A model generated the notes under the pieces. The model worked only from the letters and a program-made list of their open reading frames with translations. It did not search any database and was not told the origin of the DNA. From Asterionella formosa (taxonomy: Eukaryota), in NCBI GenBank assembly GCA_002256025.1, contig NKIB01014823.1:1-40281 (forward strand): 40,281 nt of DNA, in the 5' to 3' direction. Below, in pieces: positions 1 through 12,975 of this stretch. The stretch's first letter is position 1. Every line of letters begins with the position of its first letter. The translations under genes and the position numbers were made by a program.

Positions 1-30
1 TGATTTCTATGATTTCTATGATTTCTATGA
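1..30. repeat. Short tandem repeat (TGATTTCTA)x3, possibly continuing upstream of the window
   Basis: Sequence reads tgatttcta tgatttcta tgatttcta tga. Confidence 0.85.
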
Positions 31-1242
31 TACGTATTATTCATGAGTGAAAAAATACATTTACATGAAAAGAACGCGGAAGCAAAAGGGGAAGGAATGC
101 TAGATATATAGCCGCTACATGAATACTGTACTGGTAACCAGAGGGTCGCAGTGAAGGACAGACGTCGCTCCCAGCATCCACCAATGGATGACGACAGAAA
201 AAAGACCATGATTCCCAAGCAATTACCGGAAGTCGTTGGAATCCTCATGGCGACGTCAACATTACAACAATACAATTGTCCACCATTGCGCTTTTGTCGG
301 TATGTTATGTTATCTTCGTTCCTTCTTGTCAAAACGGATTCAGATGATGAGAACTTGAAAATTACATACCATCTTTCGACTGATCGAAGCTTCATACGCT
401 TCATGAGAGACTCATTTTCCCAACATGTACTGATGGATCACTTTTCGTACCTTGTTGAGGCACTTGTAACTTGACGGTTTGAACTCCTTGGAGGCTAACA
501 CAACTCGCGTCTTGACCTTTGCAGATGTCATCATGTGGAGCATCAATAAATGTCATTCTGTTTTCTTCTTGCACGTTTCAGCATGATTTGTATCTCTCTC
601 TCAATCTCTCTTCGCTGAAATCTAAAATGGTTTCTTTGCAAGTATCGCCGGGAGGAATACGAGGAAGCGAGATATAGGGCTGTGTGTACATTGCAATACA
701 CAAGAAGAATTGTAGTTTCGAGACTTTAGGATGTTACGAGATTGAAAACATGACAAACCCCTTGCTATGATAAGGGTATATACCCGGTATGCCTTTTTGC
801 CGAATTGAGGACAATGTGTGATCATTCCTACCATATGAGATCCTTGCTAGTCTGGATGACTTTAGTGACAAGCCGAACTTTGGCATCACGTCCATACTAG
901 CTGCTCACTGATTAAAAGCAACCATTGAGATCGAAACGCTGTCTGAGTTTATCTCATGTAGCAGACATTGACTCCGTCATCATAATAAAGTCTACTGGAG
1001 TCATCTAATTCGCAGCTGGGACCAACAGGGTGGCATGATTTGTTTATTGTAAATTTCGAGCGACTGCATGTGAATGCTACTTATACTGCCACCGTATTCT
1101 CCTCATTTTATTCACCGGTATTACAGGTATATATACATCATGGTCTAGATATACTCTATATATTCGCAGTCTACCGGCTATATACTTTTATGACACATAA
1201 CCGTACCTAGTATGCGCACAGAAAGAACCATGGTGGGCAATA

Positions 1243-1352
1243 AAACCTTTTAACTAATCATTTATCAAAGCCCCAGATGCAGGGTATAATCTGTAAGACG
1301 AGGTGTGTACGGAAACCTTTTAACTAATCATTGATCAAAGCCCCAGATGCAG
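1243..1352. repeat. 40-bp direct repeat, two copies, 70-bp period
   Basis: aaaccttttaactaatcatt[t/g]atcaaagccccagatgcag at 1243-1282 and 1313-1352; 39/40 identical. Confidence 0.9.
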
Positions 1353-2091
1353 TGTGTTTGTTATCTATGATACAACCGGTATGTGGGTACGGAGTCCACG
1401 TTTTTTAATGCCCTCTCCTACATTGGTGTGGGAAGCCGGGATTTCTGCCAGATTATTCATACATGTGTGTTAAGAAATGTAATGGATGGTACCTGGTACC
1501 TCACCTTGTACCACTACATAGACTTCTGGTACTGGGGTAGACTACTCGTACCACATCATGGTGCAATAGACATATCAGTATCCGGTAATTTACCTGATAC
1601 TCACACAGCCATGCATGTATACATACATATAACCAAACGACAGCCATCGCTGATGATTAGCTAATAGTAAGCAGCTGAGCAAATATGATATCGATGATGA
1701 TTTATCCCCCGACATGGGTGTTCGTATGCATAGACTACAAGATATTCTTAAATGTGTATTCGTTGTCGTCGATTCATTATTTTTCTAAATATTAATAGTC
1801 TTTGCGGCGATTCATTAATTTTTCTGGGGCTGTTATTTAACTATTTACATAAGCTAAATATATATCGGTACCAGTAGTTCACTGATAGATACTTCATATA
1901 CCGGTGTATATCCTGATTATGATATGCCGCTATGGTCATACTGAATTCCGGTTTGACAGGCAGACCAGTCATGGGAGCGCCAAAGAATCCGCCCATGTAA
2001 AGATGTGTGCAATTCTCAATTGTCAATTGCAACCTTTCCATCAGTGTAGATAGCTCAACAAGGCCGGAGAAAAGTTATCAAAAGAAAAATA

Positions 2092-5000
2092 ATGCTCTGG
2101 AGGTTTTGGTTGTCAGGGCTCTTGGGAGTCCTGGTCTTGGCGGATGATGTAAAGCTTCAAGTGAGCATCAGAAAAGAAATGCTCAGAGGGGTCTCGTCGT
2201 GCATACACGCGAAGTCGGAAATCGAGCTCTTGAACACGGTAAGTTTCCCGCGACAACGAAGGTCATGCTTTTGCCTAAGTGAAGATTTGTGGGGCTATTT
2301 CAGGTACCTCTTTTATTCTATATTAGTTCGTCTGTGACGTGCAGCCTTCTTCTTGCGTCGGAGCTCGTGGTTTGGGTTTCCTCTCACTCCTTTCCGTTTC
2401 GTTGAATATAGCATTCATCGGAGTCCATAACTATCCGCTCACTTCGCACAACAAAAGAAGACGTAGTGCTAGTTCAGGGAAACTTGGAATACGATATTGA
2501 AGCCGAGGTTGCAAAGCAAGTTCATGTTACTCGATTACCAAACGGAGACTTCAAGCTTGAGCCGGGGCAAAAAGCCACCATTCCAATTACGTTTCTTCCG
2601 CGCTTTCCTCATGATGACGAAGATTTGATTTGGCCTAGCGGATGGGATGAAAGTGCCCCTCCTCTAAGCATACCCGTCAAAGCGGACTTGGCGAGACTAG
2701 TTGGCGAGGAAGCCATAGAGCGAACTGCAAGGCACGGTCAACGACGGAGCAACAAGGGATTGTACAAGTTTGATTTCGACAACGACGACGAGTATGAAGT
2801 TCGCACTGCTCTTATAGTGGAATCATCACGTGGGTTAATGGAAGTGCCTGTTTTGGCATCGAGTTATAAGCACAACATGTATGGAGTTCCACAAATGATT
2901 TATTTCCGACACACTCCAATGAAGAATGAGCATCTGGACCCATGGATTGATGAAGTTCTGATACTAGATACTATAGCTTTACACAAGGGATCGTTGACGA
3001 CAATGAGCACCGTCACGTCTGATGTCCCAGTACACGAGTGTTACGATGTCTACCTATCGAACCCACGCGACCATACCTATTTGGAAGTGAACGAGGTTTT
3101 GGTCTCGAAACCAGACCTTGTATCGTTATTCGACAAAAATCAGGATCCTTACTTTGAAAAACCGAAACGATCAATAGATTCATGGACCGTCGAAAGAATC
3201 AGTGTTCGGATAGAAAAAGGCGAAAAAGATGTTTACTTAGCCACACTATGCCCGTACGGCGGCAACAATCCGTTGGATTTGCTCCAGTCACCGACAGTGG
3301 ATGCACCGAAATGGGTCAATGATGGGAAAACACAAAAAGATATTCTAGGCTATCTACAGATTAGAACCGACAAAGACACGCTATTTGTCGTCCTTCAGCG
3401 CCAACCCGCAGAAAACTTATTTGCACAACCACCAGACGAGAACCTTCATGAAGCCATTGAAAAAGTGTTTGGAAAGGAATTCGCCAACGGAATGCGAGAC
3501 GTTCCCATCAAAGATTCACTGACCATCGGAACAAATTCCGTAAGGCTAAAACACCGAAAACAAAATTTGGTAGCATCGCCCCGCAACCTAAAGAACAACC
3601 TAGTTGGTAACGTCAGCCCCCAAGTTGCGACGCCCATTACTATTCGGAATACCTACAATGAAACCGTCAAGATTATGCATGTGACTTTGATCATTGACAA
3701 GATTCCAGATGGTGACGTTATGGAGGAATGTACAAGCACGGGTTTGGAGATTTCGGTTCATGTTCGCGACTCGGGACAGCAGTGTATGGCCACCGAAGAA
3801 AACTGCGTGACTGACCAAGGTCCTTATATTCGAGCAGGATCTGCCTTGGAAGGAGCTGTGCTATTTCGTGCGTCTATTGATTCGAACAAAACTGCTGAAT
3901 ATCTTGAAAGGACATTTGTTCGGACACGATATACTGGTACTGTCGTCCTCAGGGCAACCTCAGACATGGACATTTCATATTCTGAGTGGAAAGAAAAATT
4001 AAAGCAAAATCCGTTTATGGATAGCAATTTGATACTCGAGATTCAATACACTGTGAATGTTATTGACGGGCAAATCCATTTTCTGCTTGAACGAACAACT
4101 GGACCCCATCCAATGCTTCGCTATCAAGAAAAGGCCTACAAATTCCTGCCATCAGTGAAGGCGTTGTTTTTTCCCATTCAAAATTTTGAAATGCGTAGTT
4201 GGATGTATTGGGAAAAGTCTCAGGAGACTTACTTCCCTTACGATGATTTTGGTTTAAAGCATTCCATGAGAATTCTCGGTTCAATTCCTGTCGTGACCAA
4301 CATAACGAATATCAGAATCAATAGTTATGGCGACCATAAATCACTTTGTGAGAGATTTAAGATTTCGATTGACTATCCGGAGACTACGCTGAATAGACCA
4401 GCAAAATTTGGGAAATCTGGATTACATGATATGGGCGTGCTCCACGTTGACTACACTATTACTCCCCACAAAGTAAAGGAAAAGGAAAAGAAGAAAAGGG
4501 ATTCGCTAGCATACACTGAAGTCTGTTATCTGGAATATGAAACGACACCAGTCAATACGGGAGTGCATATCCTACCGTTGCTTGTCTTCCCAGCTAGACT
4601 CGATGTTGCAGCATCTGAATATAGCTTTGTTGAAGATGAAGCCTTAGTTGATTCTCGGATGTCAAAATTAAGCGAGTTTTCGTCATCAGTTGTCACTGGG
4701 TTTGATGAAGTCCTAGAATGGTTTCGATCGTCAAATCTGGGCCAGGCACTTTATAAATATCTTGAGCAATCGTCGGAGGGTCAGAAGAAATCCGATATGG
4801 AGACAGGAGCTTACTTACTGGGTCGCTACATCTTCAAATTGGGAAATGCAACCGCTAATGAGAGTGCTTCGTTGAGGCCCATACTTTTGAAGGTAGGAGC
4901 AATTGGTCATAGTGAAACCCAGACGACGTCGTTGTACTTGACGAATCACAACCCTATCCCCGTCACCGTTTATGTTGACGTAAGTGAAGTTGAAGGATCA

Positions 5001-8000
5001 AGCATTTTTCTGGCAAGGGATTCAAGCAGGGGACGCGGTGACGGTAATTGTTTTCTTGATTATCTTCCCAAACTTGAACCCGAAACGTTCAACACTAGAA
5101 TCAAAAGCGGAAAATTTAAGGGTCATTCAAGGGAAGGGCTCCGGCAGTTTCTACTCAACGCAGAGATAGCGCAATCATTTTATCGAATCGCCCCATATCG
5201 TGACGCAGTCAGCTTGAGCGCGGTTGCACTTAAAAAGAACTCGTTGCTTCAATTCATGTACAAGTTGAATGCAAGGATGCATTTTTACGCAGAGAAACTG
5301 CCTCGCCACTGCTTTAGAACTGAAGGTCTTCGTTGCAACAACATGGATCATAACCCCTCATGGTATTACAACTTCACTACAACTAGACAAGATTCCAAGA
5401 AAAAATCTGAATTCCCTGGCCCCTTGGTTCTTTCTGAAGATCTTAAGATTGCTCATCATTCAGTAATCTGTGATCCTCCTTTGGAAGAAGCTGCTGTTCG
5501 CGAGAGAACCCTTACGAGCTATCGCCACCCACCAGTGACGATCCCCCCAGGAGGTGTTGCGCGTTTCGAAGTGCGTGTGCGTGCTCCGGACGAGAGCGCC
5601 TTACAGAAGGATATTACTCCACTTTTATCGACTGGCCTTGTATTATCCACAAGCCACGGACAAGTTATGCCAATTATCGTAGCCTTTGAGGCCCTCCTAG
5701 GAAAGTTAAAAGTGACAAACAAAAGATTTAAAGGTGACGAGTTTGCAGGAAATACTGTGGTTGACGAACAGGAAGTGATACGAGTCCCACCTGGTCTTTT
5801 CAAGGAATTCCAAATTAATAACGAAAACCATACTATCTCTCCCTGGCTTTCCACGGCCACTACCCTAGGAGTCAACGAAGGTCAGGAAAATATGATATTT
5901 CAGAATACGATAATGAAGCTATACCTGGATTCGTCGTTCTCTCGAAAGGTTTCTCTTCGCTATATAGAGAGCTGCAACCCATGGTTTCATGTGGAACTAA
6001 AAGAAGGGGCATCTACTGGTTTAGGAAATGCTCCCCTTGGTACAGTGCTGGCAGTCAACGAACGCATTGAAATCGGAACCATAGAAAGTATGCTTGACTG
6101 TCCTGTCATAGACACCCTGATGGCATCGGAACAACTGACAACACAAGCACCCGTGTACCCTTCATTTTTCCAATGTGCCATGGCATGGATAGAGAATCGG
6201 TCGAAACTTCAACCTCACGGTTGCGGATTAGAACCAAGCCCAACTGAGAATCTTTATATTGATGAGGAAGTAGTCGAGAATTTAGCCGAGGATGATGCCC
6301 TTGACCGCGCACGATATGCGTTGCATCATGCAATTACCTTTAGTTTGGTCAAATACGGCGGAGCTAAAGCTCCCCTGGATAATGGACGTTCTCGGAGAGG
6401 CGAAGGTGAGGAAGGTAGGGACATTATCAGAGCAGGACCTAGTTCAATCATGTACAATCATCCAGACTCTGTTGACTATGCAACGAAATCGGGGGCCTCT
6501 CAAGGGAAAGAACTAATTGACAGTCTGACACTTGACGTGTTCGCCGAAATAACGGACGCTTGGCGTGTGATTATGGAACTTGATCTTCATTCCATTAGCA
6601 CAAGTTTACGAGCTACGATTGACTACGAATTTCCAGACACGGAACGAAGCTCTGAAGCGATATCTGTCCCTGAGCGTCATACTTTGACCATGTCTATGCA
6701 GAATTTGGCAGCGCGAACGGTCCTTTCATTTCCCCTACTTTTCGATCATACCAGGTTTCTGAAGGTAGACCCATACGCACTCTCCTTTCCACATGAAGTT
6801 CTTTCTTTCATCAATTTTCCCGCTGCTCGTGTGGGAAATGTGGGCTGGTTGAAGATTCCAATTCGCAACCCGTATGCAGTACCCATACGCGTGCGGCTAG
6901 CAGCAGCCTCACGCTCACAACTCAAGAATGATGGAGCATACAAATCAACAGAGCTCCCTATTCTCGACAGTTTGGACGTACGCGAACGATACCTAAGGCG
7001 CCTAGGACCTCTGTTTGCACAAACGAGCCCAACTAATTTTCACAGGAACCAGGCAGGGGATTCATGGTGGGACGGCGATGGGTCGTTTTTCATGCATGAT
7101 GACCATGGCAATCTTATTCAATCTAGTCAGGATGATTCGATCGTTGCTGGCGCTGGAACACAAGTCAACCTCGTCAACCCATCCCTCTTTGCAACATCAG
7201 GTCTTCTCGTTGGTTGCGGCGCAAGATGTGGGTTGCACGATGGGGCGGGTGACAATCCCGAAGAGTCAACAAGCCCCATTGGCGCCTCTGCTGCGGCCGG
7301 TTTGTATATGATTGGGCGCAGACGATCATGCAGTAAGTGGCGAAGCGATCAGGGTGCAAATGAACCGTGTCTGTCGGCTGATGGTTCGTCATCTGACGAA
7401 GAAGCCCCTGCAGCCTTTGCGATTCCGTACTCTTCTTTCGACGAAGTGATCTTACCTCCTTATGGAACTGCCGAACTTGGCCCAGTATATTTTCGCCCGC
7501 CGGGGCGCAATAGCGTTCTTGGCTGTGACGCTATGCTTGAGAGCAAAAGTTATCCGTGGTCGCCTAGAACAGAAATGGCTTGCGAATCTCAAACATTTGA
7601 ATCAATGGTTTTCCTTGAAAATTCGCTTACAGGCCTTGAACGAGTGGTTGTGCGCGGAGTTGGTCTTTGGGAACGGGTAGTTTTTACTGACCCGGCACCG
7701 ATGCCTGGGAGAGACGCGTTTGGTGATGTTGAGTATCGGTTTGGACGATCGACGCTGGTTTTTCCAGGCAGTGGCGTGAAGGAGAGCTATGGTTTATTTG
7801 GGTATACTTCCCACCCAGTCATCAAGGAGTTCTTGATTTTCAATGACGGTGATATTGAAATCGAGTTTAAAAGTATTTTCTTTACAATGGCCACAAATTT
7901 GCCGAAAAAGAGAACACGGAATAGTGGGGCTGACCCTGGGAGAAGCTGCGAGTACCGAGGATTCCGGCTTATTGGATGCTTTGATAGCGACGAGCGAGTT

Positions 8001-10955
8001 GTGTCGGACAATGATGGTCGGTTTACTCTTCACAACCTCAAGTATGGTTTCACTCTCAAACCAGGAAGGACACGTACATTAATGATCGAGCATACGCCCG
8101 ATTGTTCTTACCGGTCTGAGTATATAGCGTTACAGTTTGAATATGCAAGGGGAGAGCGAAGCTTTCACGGGGAGGACACACAATCGGACGAATCATTCTC
8201 ACGATCTGGGAAAATGAGACGTGAAAACGGGAATGATTGGAGTAGGTCCTTCAATCGCCGATTCGAAGAATTGCTGGTAGGATTTGAGATGAATCATAAC
8301 GATGTGAGTCGCTGTATTCCAGTCACCAAAAATGCAAAAAGACCCCCTGCCGTTATTCCGGTCTCGTTGACCGACTTCAGCAATTCCACAAACAAATATG
8401 TCTTGGCCACAGCAGTTAAACGATCTTTCATGTTGGAGTACCATTTGAAAAGATTTTACAGTTCAAACCGCCGCCTTGGCCTGGCATTCGGTTTGTGTAT
8501 CCTTTTTGCTGTTGCGACATGCATGATCGCTTTGCTTGTGCGCCAGTTGACTTGTTATCGGCAGAAGACTTCGTTGAGATTCCGTACTACTTTGCGTGGG
8601 GGGAAAGGTAAGTCAGAGCTGGACGAGCTCGGGCAGCAGCATGACAACTTAGCACACCCATCGTCCAACTGCTATAACAACTGGTCAGCCACATTCCGTT
8701 GTTTAGCCCGTACCGATCCTACATCGTCGGAGCTGCAAACCTTGGGTCGAGAACAAGTCCGACAAATCGTTCTAAATCGTTACAAGAGTATGGGTGTTCT
8801 TGCACCTCAGTGTATCAATGGTGCTGGTATTTTTGTACGCGACCGATTTTTGGTGAGCGAAACAACCAGTAAAGATGGCAGTCTGGGTAACAATGGCAAG
8901 ATCCGGACTCTTAGTGACTCCCTATTTTATCGAATGGTAAACGAAGGCGACTATGTTTATGGTACAATGCCATGCGCACTTGGCTGGAAAACTGCAGTGG
9001 CAAGAGGAATTGTCAGCAAAAGGTCCAGATCGTCGGTTCGACTCAACTCTGCAAACCTTCTTCGCGAACGACAAATTATCCTAGAACCAAGGAACAGTAA
9101 TGAAATCGGTGATTCTGAAGAAGACGCACCTTTCGGAGATGAAGGCAGTGATGAGGAAGAGGACGTTTCAGAAGATCTCGAAGCGTCAGACGAGCTGGTC
9201 TCGTTGAGTGGAAAGTCTCGAAGGACTGTATCTGAAGTTATTGAGTCAAACGATAGATTTTCCAAGATGTCAAATGATGACGTAGATTCTGTTATTCCTG
9301 TCGAAACACCTACCGGGGATGCAATCTCAACATCCGACTCCGACGGGCACACTAGTCGCGATGAAGACTCACAGGTGACGAAATCTAGCTTGGGGTCGCT
9401 AGTTGTTGCTGATATTGCGATGAAAAAGGTCAAAAATCATGGCGCCCAGGGGACCACTGACAGGAGGGTAAAGCCAAATTACGAAGATACGAACGCTACT
9501 GACACGACAGCAAAAGTGGCCGAAAAGTTGGAGCCAATACCTTTGACTTCGTCGCATCATGACGATAATGTCACCAAGGCGCCAATGACTAAGGATTGCG
9601 CATCATTAGCGGTTTTTGAAATGCATCAAGTATCCAGTACGTCAACCAAGTCAGTTGAACACAAGGAGGAATCGGAAGTGGGAAAGCAGAAAAGGGATAG
9701 GCTCGAGAAAGAGAAAGACACGAAAGTGGTGAACCCGGAGGAGGAACAACCATCCAAGGCGAAGAACCTTCGGAAGAAGGAAGCCGTTCCAAGTCAATCT
9801 TCAGATCGTTCTACAAAATCTTCTCAGACCCCGAAGTCCGATAGTAGGTCCGAGCAAATATCGGTACCAAGCGGTTTATCTAAGGGATCCACCACCTGCA
9901 GCGACAAGATCCGAAGTCAAAGGATGTCAGGCCCGAGATCCGCGCAATCCGAGACATCGACGAAGAAAGAGAGAGCCAAGGGAATAAAAAAGACGAAGAA
10001 GTGTCAAACCGAAACCAAATCCAAGGCAATTCACGAGATGACAGCCACAATGGGTTCGACAAACCCTGGCCCTATGGTGAGCATTCTTCGACCACCACCA
10101 GGATTGGCACCTCCTCCTGGCTTTGGGAATACCGGGGGGAACAACAGCGCTTGCAACAATCATACCACTCCCAAGAATGCACGCTCGCTTCCTGGAGGAG
10201 ATCTCCCACCAATGCACGAGTCGTTGTCACAGCTCGCTCCCATCCTGCGTGGGCTAGGCAAGACCACGACGGACGCTGCCCAAGGGTCCTTCTTTGGGTC
10301 CCCAACTACCTTGAACGAAGCCAGTACCTCAAACTTATTCAATTCTCTATTGGGTCATTCAAGTGCCCTTTTTGGAGAGTCCTCGGCTGGTTTGACGGAT
10401 CTATCACATCCATCTCTCTCCATGGATGAAGACATTATTTCACGCCCATGCGCACCTTCTTCCCCGGGAAGTCATAGTCTAAGTGACGACGGTAGGTCTC
10501 CACGAGGAGATGGAAGGCCCTTACTAGGGCTCGGCGGGGGTTTCAATGTCATGGATTTCCTCGATAGCATTTTGAATGATCCGAAAAGCCGGGAAGAAGG
10601 TGAACAAGGAGCAAATGGTCCTGCTGAGTTGTTGGTAGAGACCACCGGGACTATTTCAGAACCTGTGGTTGGGGGCACGATCATTTCTGCCTTACCATTG
10701 AGCGCCAACCCATGGGCGCCCTCAGGTATGAGCTCTCGAGCAGCTGCCTACGGTATTGCGGTGGACGATCCACCTGTCGAAAGTGGGATTGTGCATGCCA
10801 TTTTGGCTGCTTCTCCCAATCGCGAAAATTCTGTTTACCCTTTGGAGGCTTCGGCTGTTACGTTGTTGACCCCAGCTGTGTTTTTCCCCCATAATGACAA
10901 TGATGACGATGACTACAATAGTGGTTCTTTCTTTGCGCATCTTTTGGGCGAGTAG
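2092..10955 (+). CDS. TMEM131: TMEM131 (RW1)-like type I membrane protein, ~2,896 aa; join(2092..2238,2412..10955)
   Basis: Exon 1 encodes a signal peptide (MLWRFWLSGLLGVLVLA-DD). Phase-0 intron GTAAGT(2239)..ATATAG(2411) joins in frame to the 2829-aa ORF. Motifs resemble TMEM131 repeats: FKLEPGQKATIPITFLPR, LYLTNHNPIPV, VYFRPP..VFLENSLTGLERVVVRGVG, CEYRGFRLIGC..FTLKPGRTRTLMIEHTPDCS. One TM helix (LGLAFGLCILFAVATCMIALLV) precedes an acidic/Lys/Ser-rich disordered tail with PPPG motifs. Confidence 0.8.
2239..2411 (+). other. Spliceosomal intron (173 bp) of the TMEM131-like gene
   Basis: GTAAGT donor, pyrimidine-rich tract and TAG acceptor; splicing restores the frame and adds the signal peptide. 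Confidence 0.8.
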
Positions 10956-11312
10956 GAATTGCTCGAACAAAAGTAAAATCTTATAATGCTCACATTTCAA
11001 AAACTCGAAGCGCCGTTGACTTTAGACCGATAATACCATGGCACCTAATTTTAGTATTTGCTGACTACTCATATTATATTGCCATGACGGCGGTAAACTA
11101 GTTTCCGTCGTGGTTTTGTCAGTTTCGAATGCAATCAACATACCGTTATCCTACTTCAAGATTTGAGCCCTACATAGATGTAACCTCCACGATTCTAATT
11201 CAATTAATGCTAACATGAAACTATCCTTCCAGTACAGTGATTCAACATCTGCATTGCGGCCCAAGGTTTGCTGTATTCCCGACGGGCAGGTCACAGTCTA
11301 CTCTTCTCTCTT

Positions 11313-11726
11313 TTAAGTACGGTCCATCTCTTCAGAATTGACATAGTCGGAACTTTCTTTCTTGAGGTCTCCAATCTTGATGCAGCAGCCAACTTTGGGG
11401 AACAAGGTCAAACCAAGAAAGGTGACAGCAACAGGCACTTCCTTGTTGCAGGGAAGAGCACCCGACACAACGACATTACAGAGCTGGCACTGGGCGTTAA
11501 AGAAAGAACATCCATCGCACTCGAACTTCGGTCCACAGCAACCGAGAGGAAGGCAGGGAGCGGAAGGCTTGCAGCAAAACTCCATGTTGAGGCAGCATAG
11601 GCCAAACTTTCCAGAGCAGCCTGCGCAATCAGCATCCTTGTAAAGACCGCAGTTCATGCAGCACACAGCGCAACAAAGCGCGATGTTCTCCTCATCGACA
11701 GCGTCATCTCCTCGTCCAGATCCCAT
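11313..11726 (-). CDS. Small cysteine-rich protein, paralog 1 (137 aa, 21 Cys), function unknown
   Basis: MGSGRGDDAVDEENIALCCAVCC...SGALPCNKEVPVAVTFLGLTLFPKVGCC. Aligns end to end with the paralogs at 15393 and 16442, with many differences at third codon positions. Confidence 0.85.
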   Translation of the reverse strand: MGSGRGDDAVDEENIALCCAVCCMNCGLYKDADCAGCSGKFGLCCLNMEFCCKPSAPCLPLGCCGPKFECDGCSFFNAQCQLCNVVVSGALPCNKEVPVAVTFLGLTLFPKVGCCIKIGDLKKESSDYVNSEEMDRT

Positions 11727-12660
11727 GATTCTCAATTAATCCTTGTTGTGAAGTTATTTGTGAGTCAAAATGAGCGGCAATGCATACACGGGGTACTCTG
11801 TGAAGAAGTGGAGTGTCCAGCCAGCCACAATGCTGGAAAGCACTTTCGGAGGGAGTGTCAAGGAAACAGATGTCATCATACAAGGCATCCTCGCCAAAAC
11901 TTTACAACGGATCTAATCATCAAGTTTATGGGATAGTCGTAGCATTCAAAAGCGAGATCGGCAGGCTGAATCTTTTTTTCTTCGAGTAGTTAGTACCTGT
12001 ATAAACATATACCGGAAGATATATCCTTGTTATATAGATACCCCGGCGTTGTTTTGGAAACGGGATCATATGTAGGAGAATACATGGTTACCGTTTTACG
12101 ACCGGTTCCTTTGTAGTCTACGGTACCGGTATACTACTATCATACTAAAGCGTAGTTAGTGCCACCTAAAAACTGTAGTAAGCCACCGCTATGACAACTT
12201 TTGAACTGTAAGACACCGGTAAACGAGCAAACGCACGGTTTGAACTTAGTTTGCAAGATCCGTTAAAATTATTGACAAGAAGGAGTTCTTCAGATTTATA
12301 GATCGAGAAAGTACTTACGTACATGCTTGCATTGCTCCATTTTGTAAGTTGTACTGTAACAGGTATGTACCTATTACGGCCCAAAAAAAGGTTGCTGTCG
12401 ACGCGAAATTGCGAAAAAGGGATATTTTCACTTTACTCTATATTGAGTTGTCAAAGCCTTTTCTCAACGTGTTTTTACGCACAATAATAAAAAATTCTTC
12501 CTATAGAAATTAATTTAGTATCATTAAATGTGGGTACGACGTCATTGGCTGTGCTTTCGAATACACTAAGTACCGCAGTAAGAATTAAGAATTCGGTGAT
12601 GATGTGCAAGCGCAAAAAGCATACCGGGTACTGTGTCGCGCATAATAGGTAAAGTAAAAT

Positions 12661-12975
12661 TTTATTTTTTTTTGGCTGTTCCAAGAAGGCGCCAGGAGAA
12701 AACCTATCTGGCCGCTTTGCCCGCCTGCCCCATCGATGTTGGGTGCTTGGGGGGCATCATGGGAGGATTCGAACTCCTCCCACCAGTTCATGTGTTCAGG
12801 AATGTTTTTGAGGCACCCCGTCATCCAATCATTTCCCAGTGTCCAGTGAGGCACCCCGCCCCTCTCACCTCCTGGGCAAGGTGGTGTGAGACTTTCACTC
12901 ACTAAAAACCTGTGTGCAGCCCCAGTCTTGACCAGTACGCGGTCTGCCCTACCCATCGGGGCGTTGGCCCGTGGG
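12661..12975 (-). mobile_element. SINE-like (or 5'-truncated non-LTR) retroposon, ~315 bp, A-rich tail, 13-bp TSD
   Basis: Direct repeat GGTAAAGTAAAAT at 12648-12660 and 12976-12988. T-tract at 12661-12673 is an A-tail on the minus strand. GC-rich body in AT-rich flanks. Hairpin TGGGAGGA-GTTCGAA-TCCTCCCA carries a B-box/T-loop-like sequence. Confidence 0.75.

Noticed and set aside
130..1050. Possible gene or TE remnant
   Set aside because: Short ORFs with frequent stops and no recognisable motif.
1243..1352. CRISPR-like repeat-spacer-repeat
   Set aside because: Only two repeats, no cas genes, and a eukaryotic intron-containing context.
12750..12830. tRNA gene or 7SL RNA
   Set aside because: Only a T-arm-like hairpin is present. 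I could not build a cloverleaf or find the SRP helix-8 motif.
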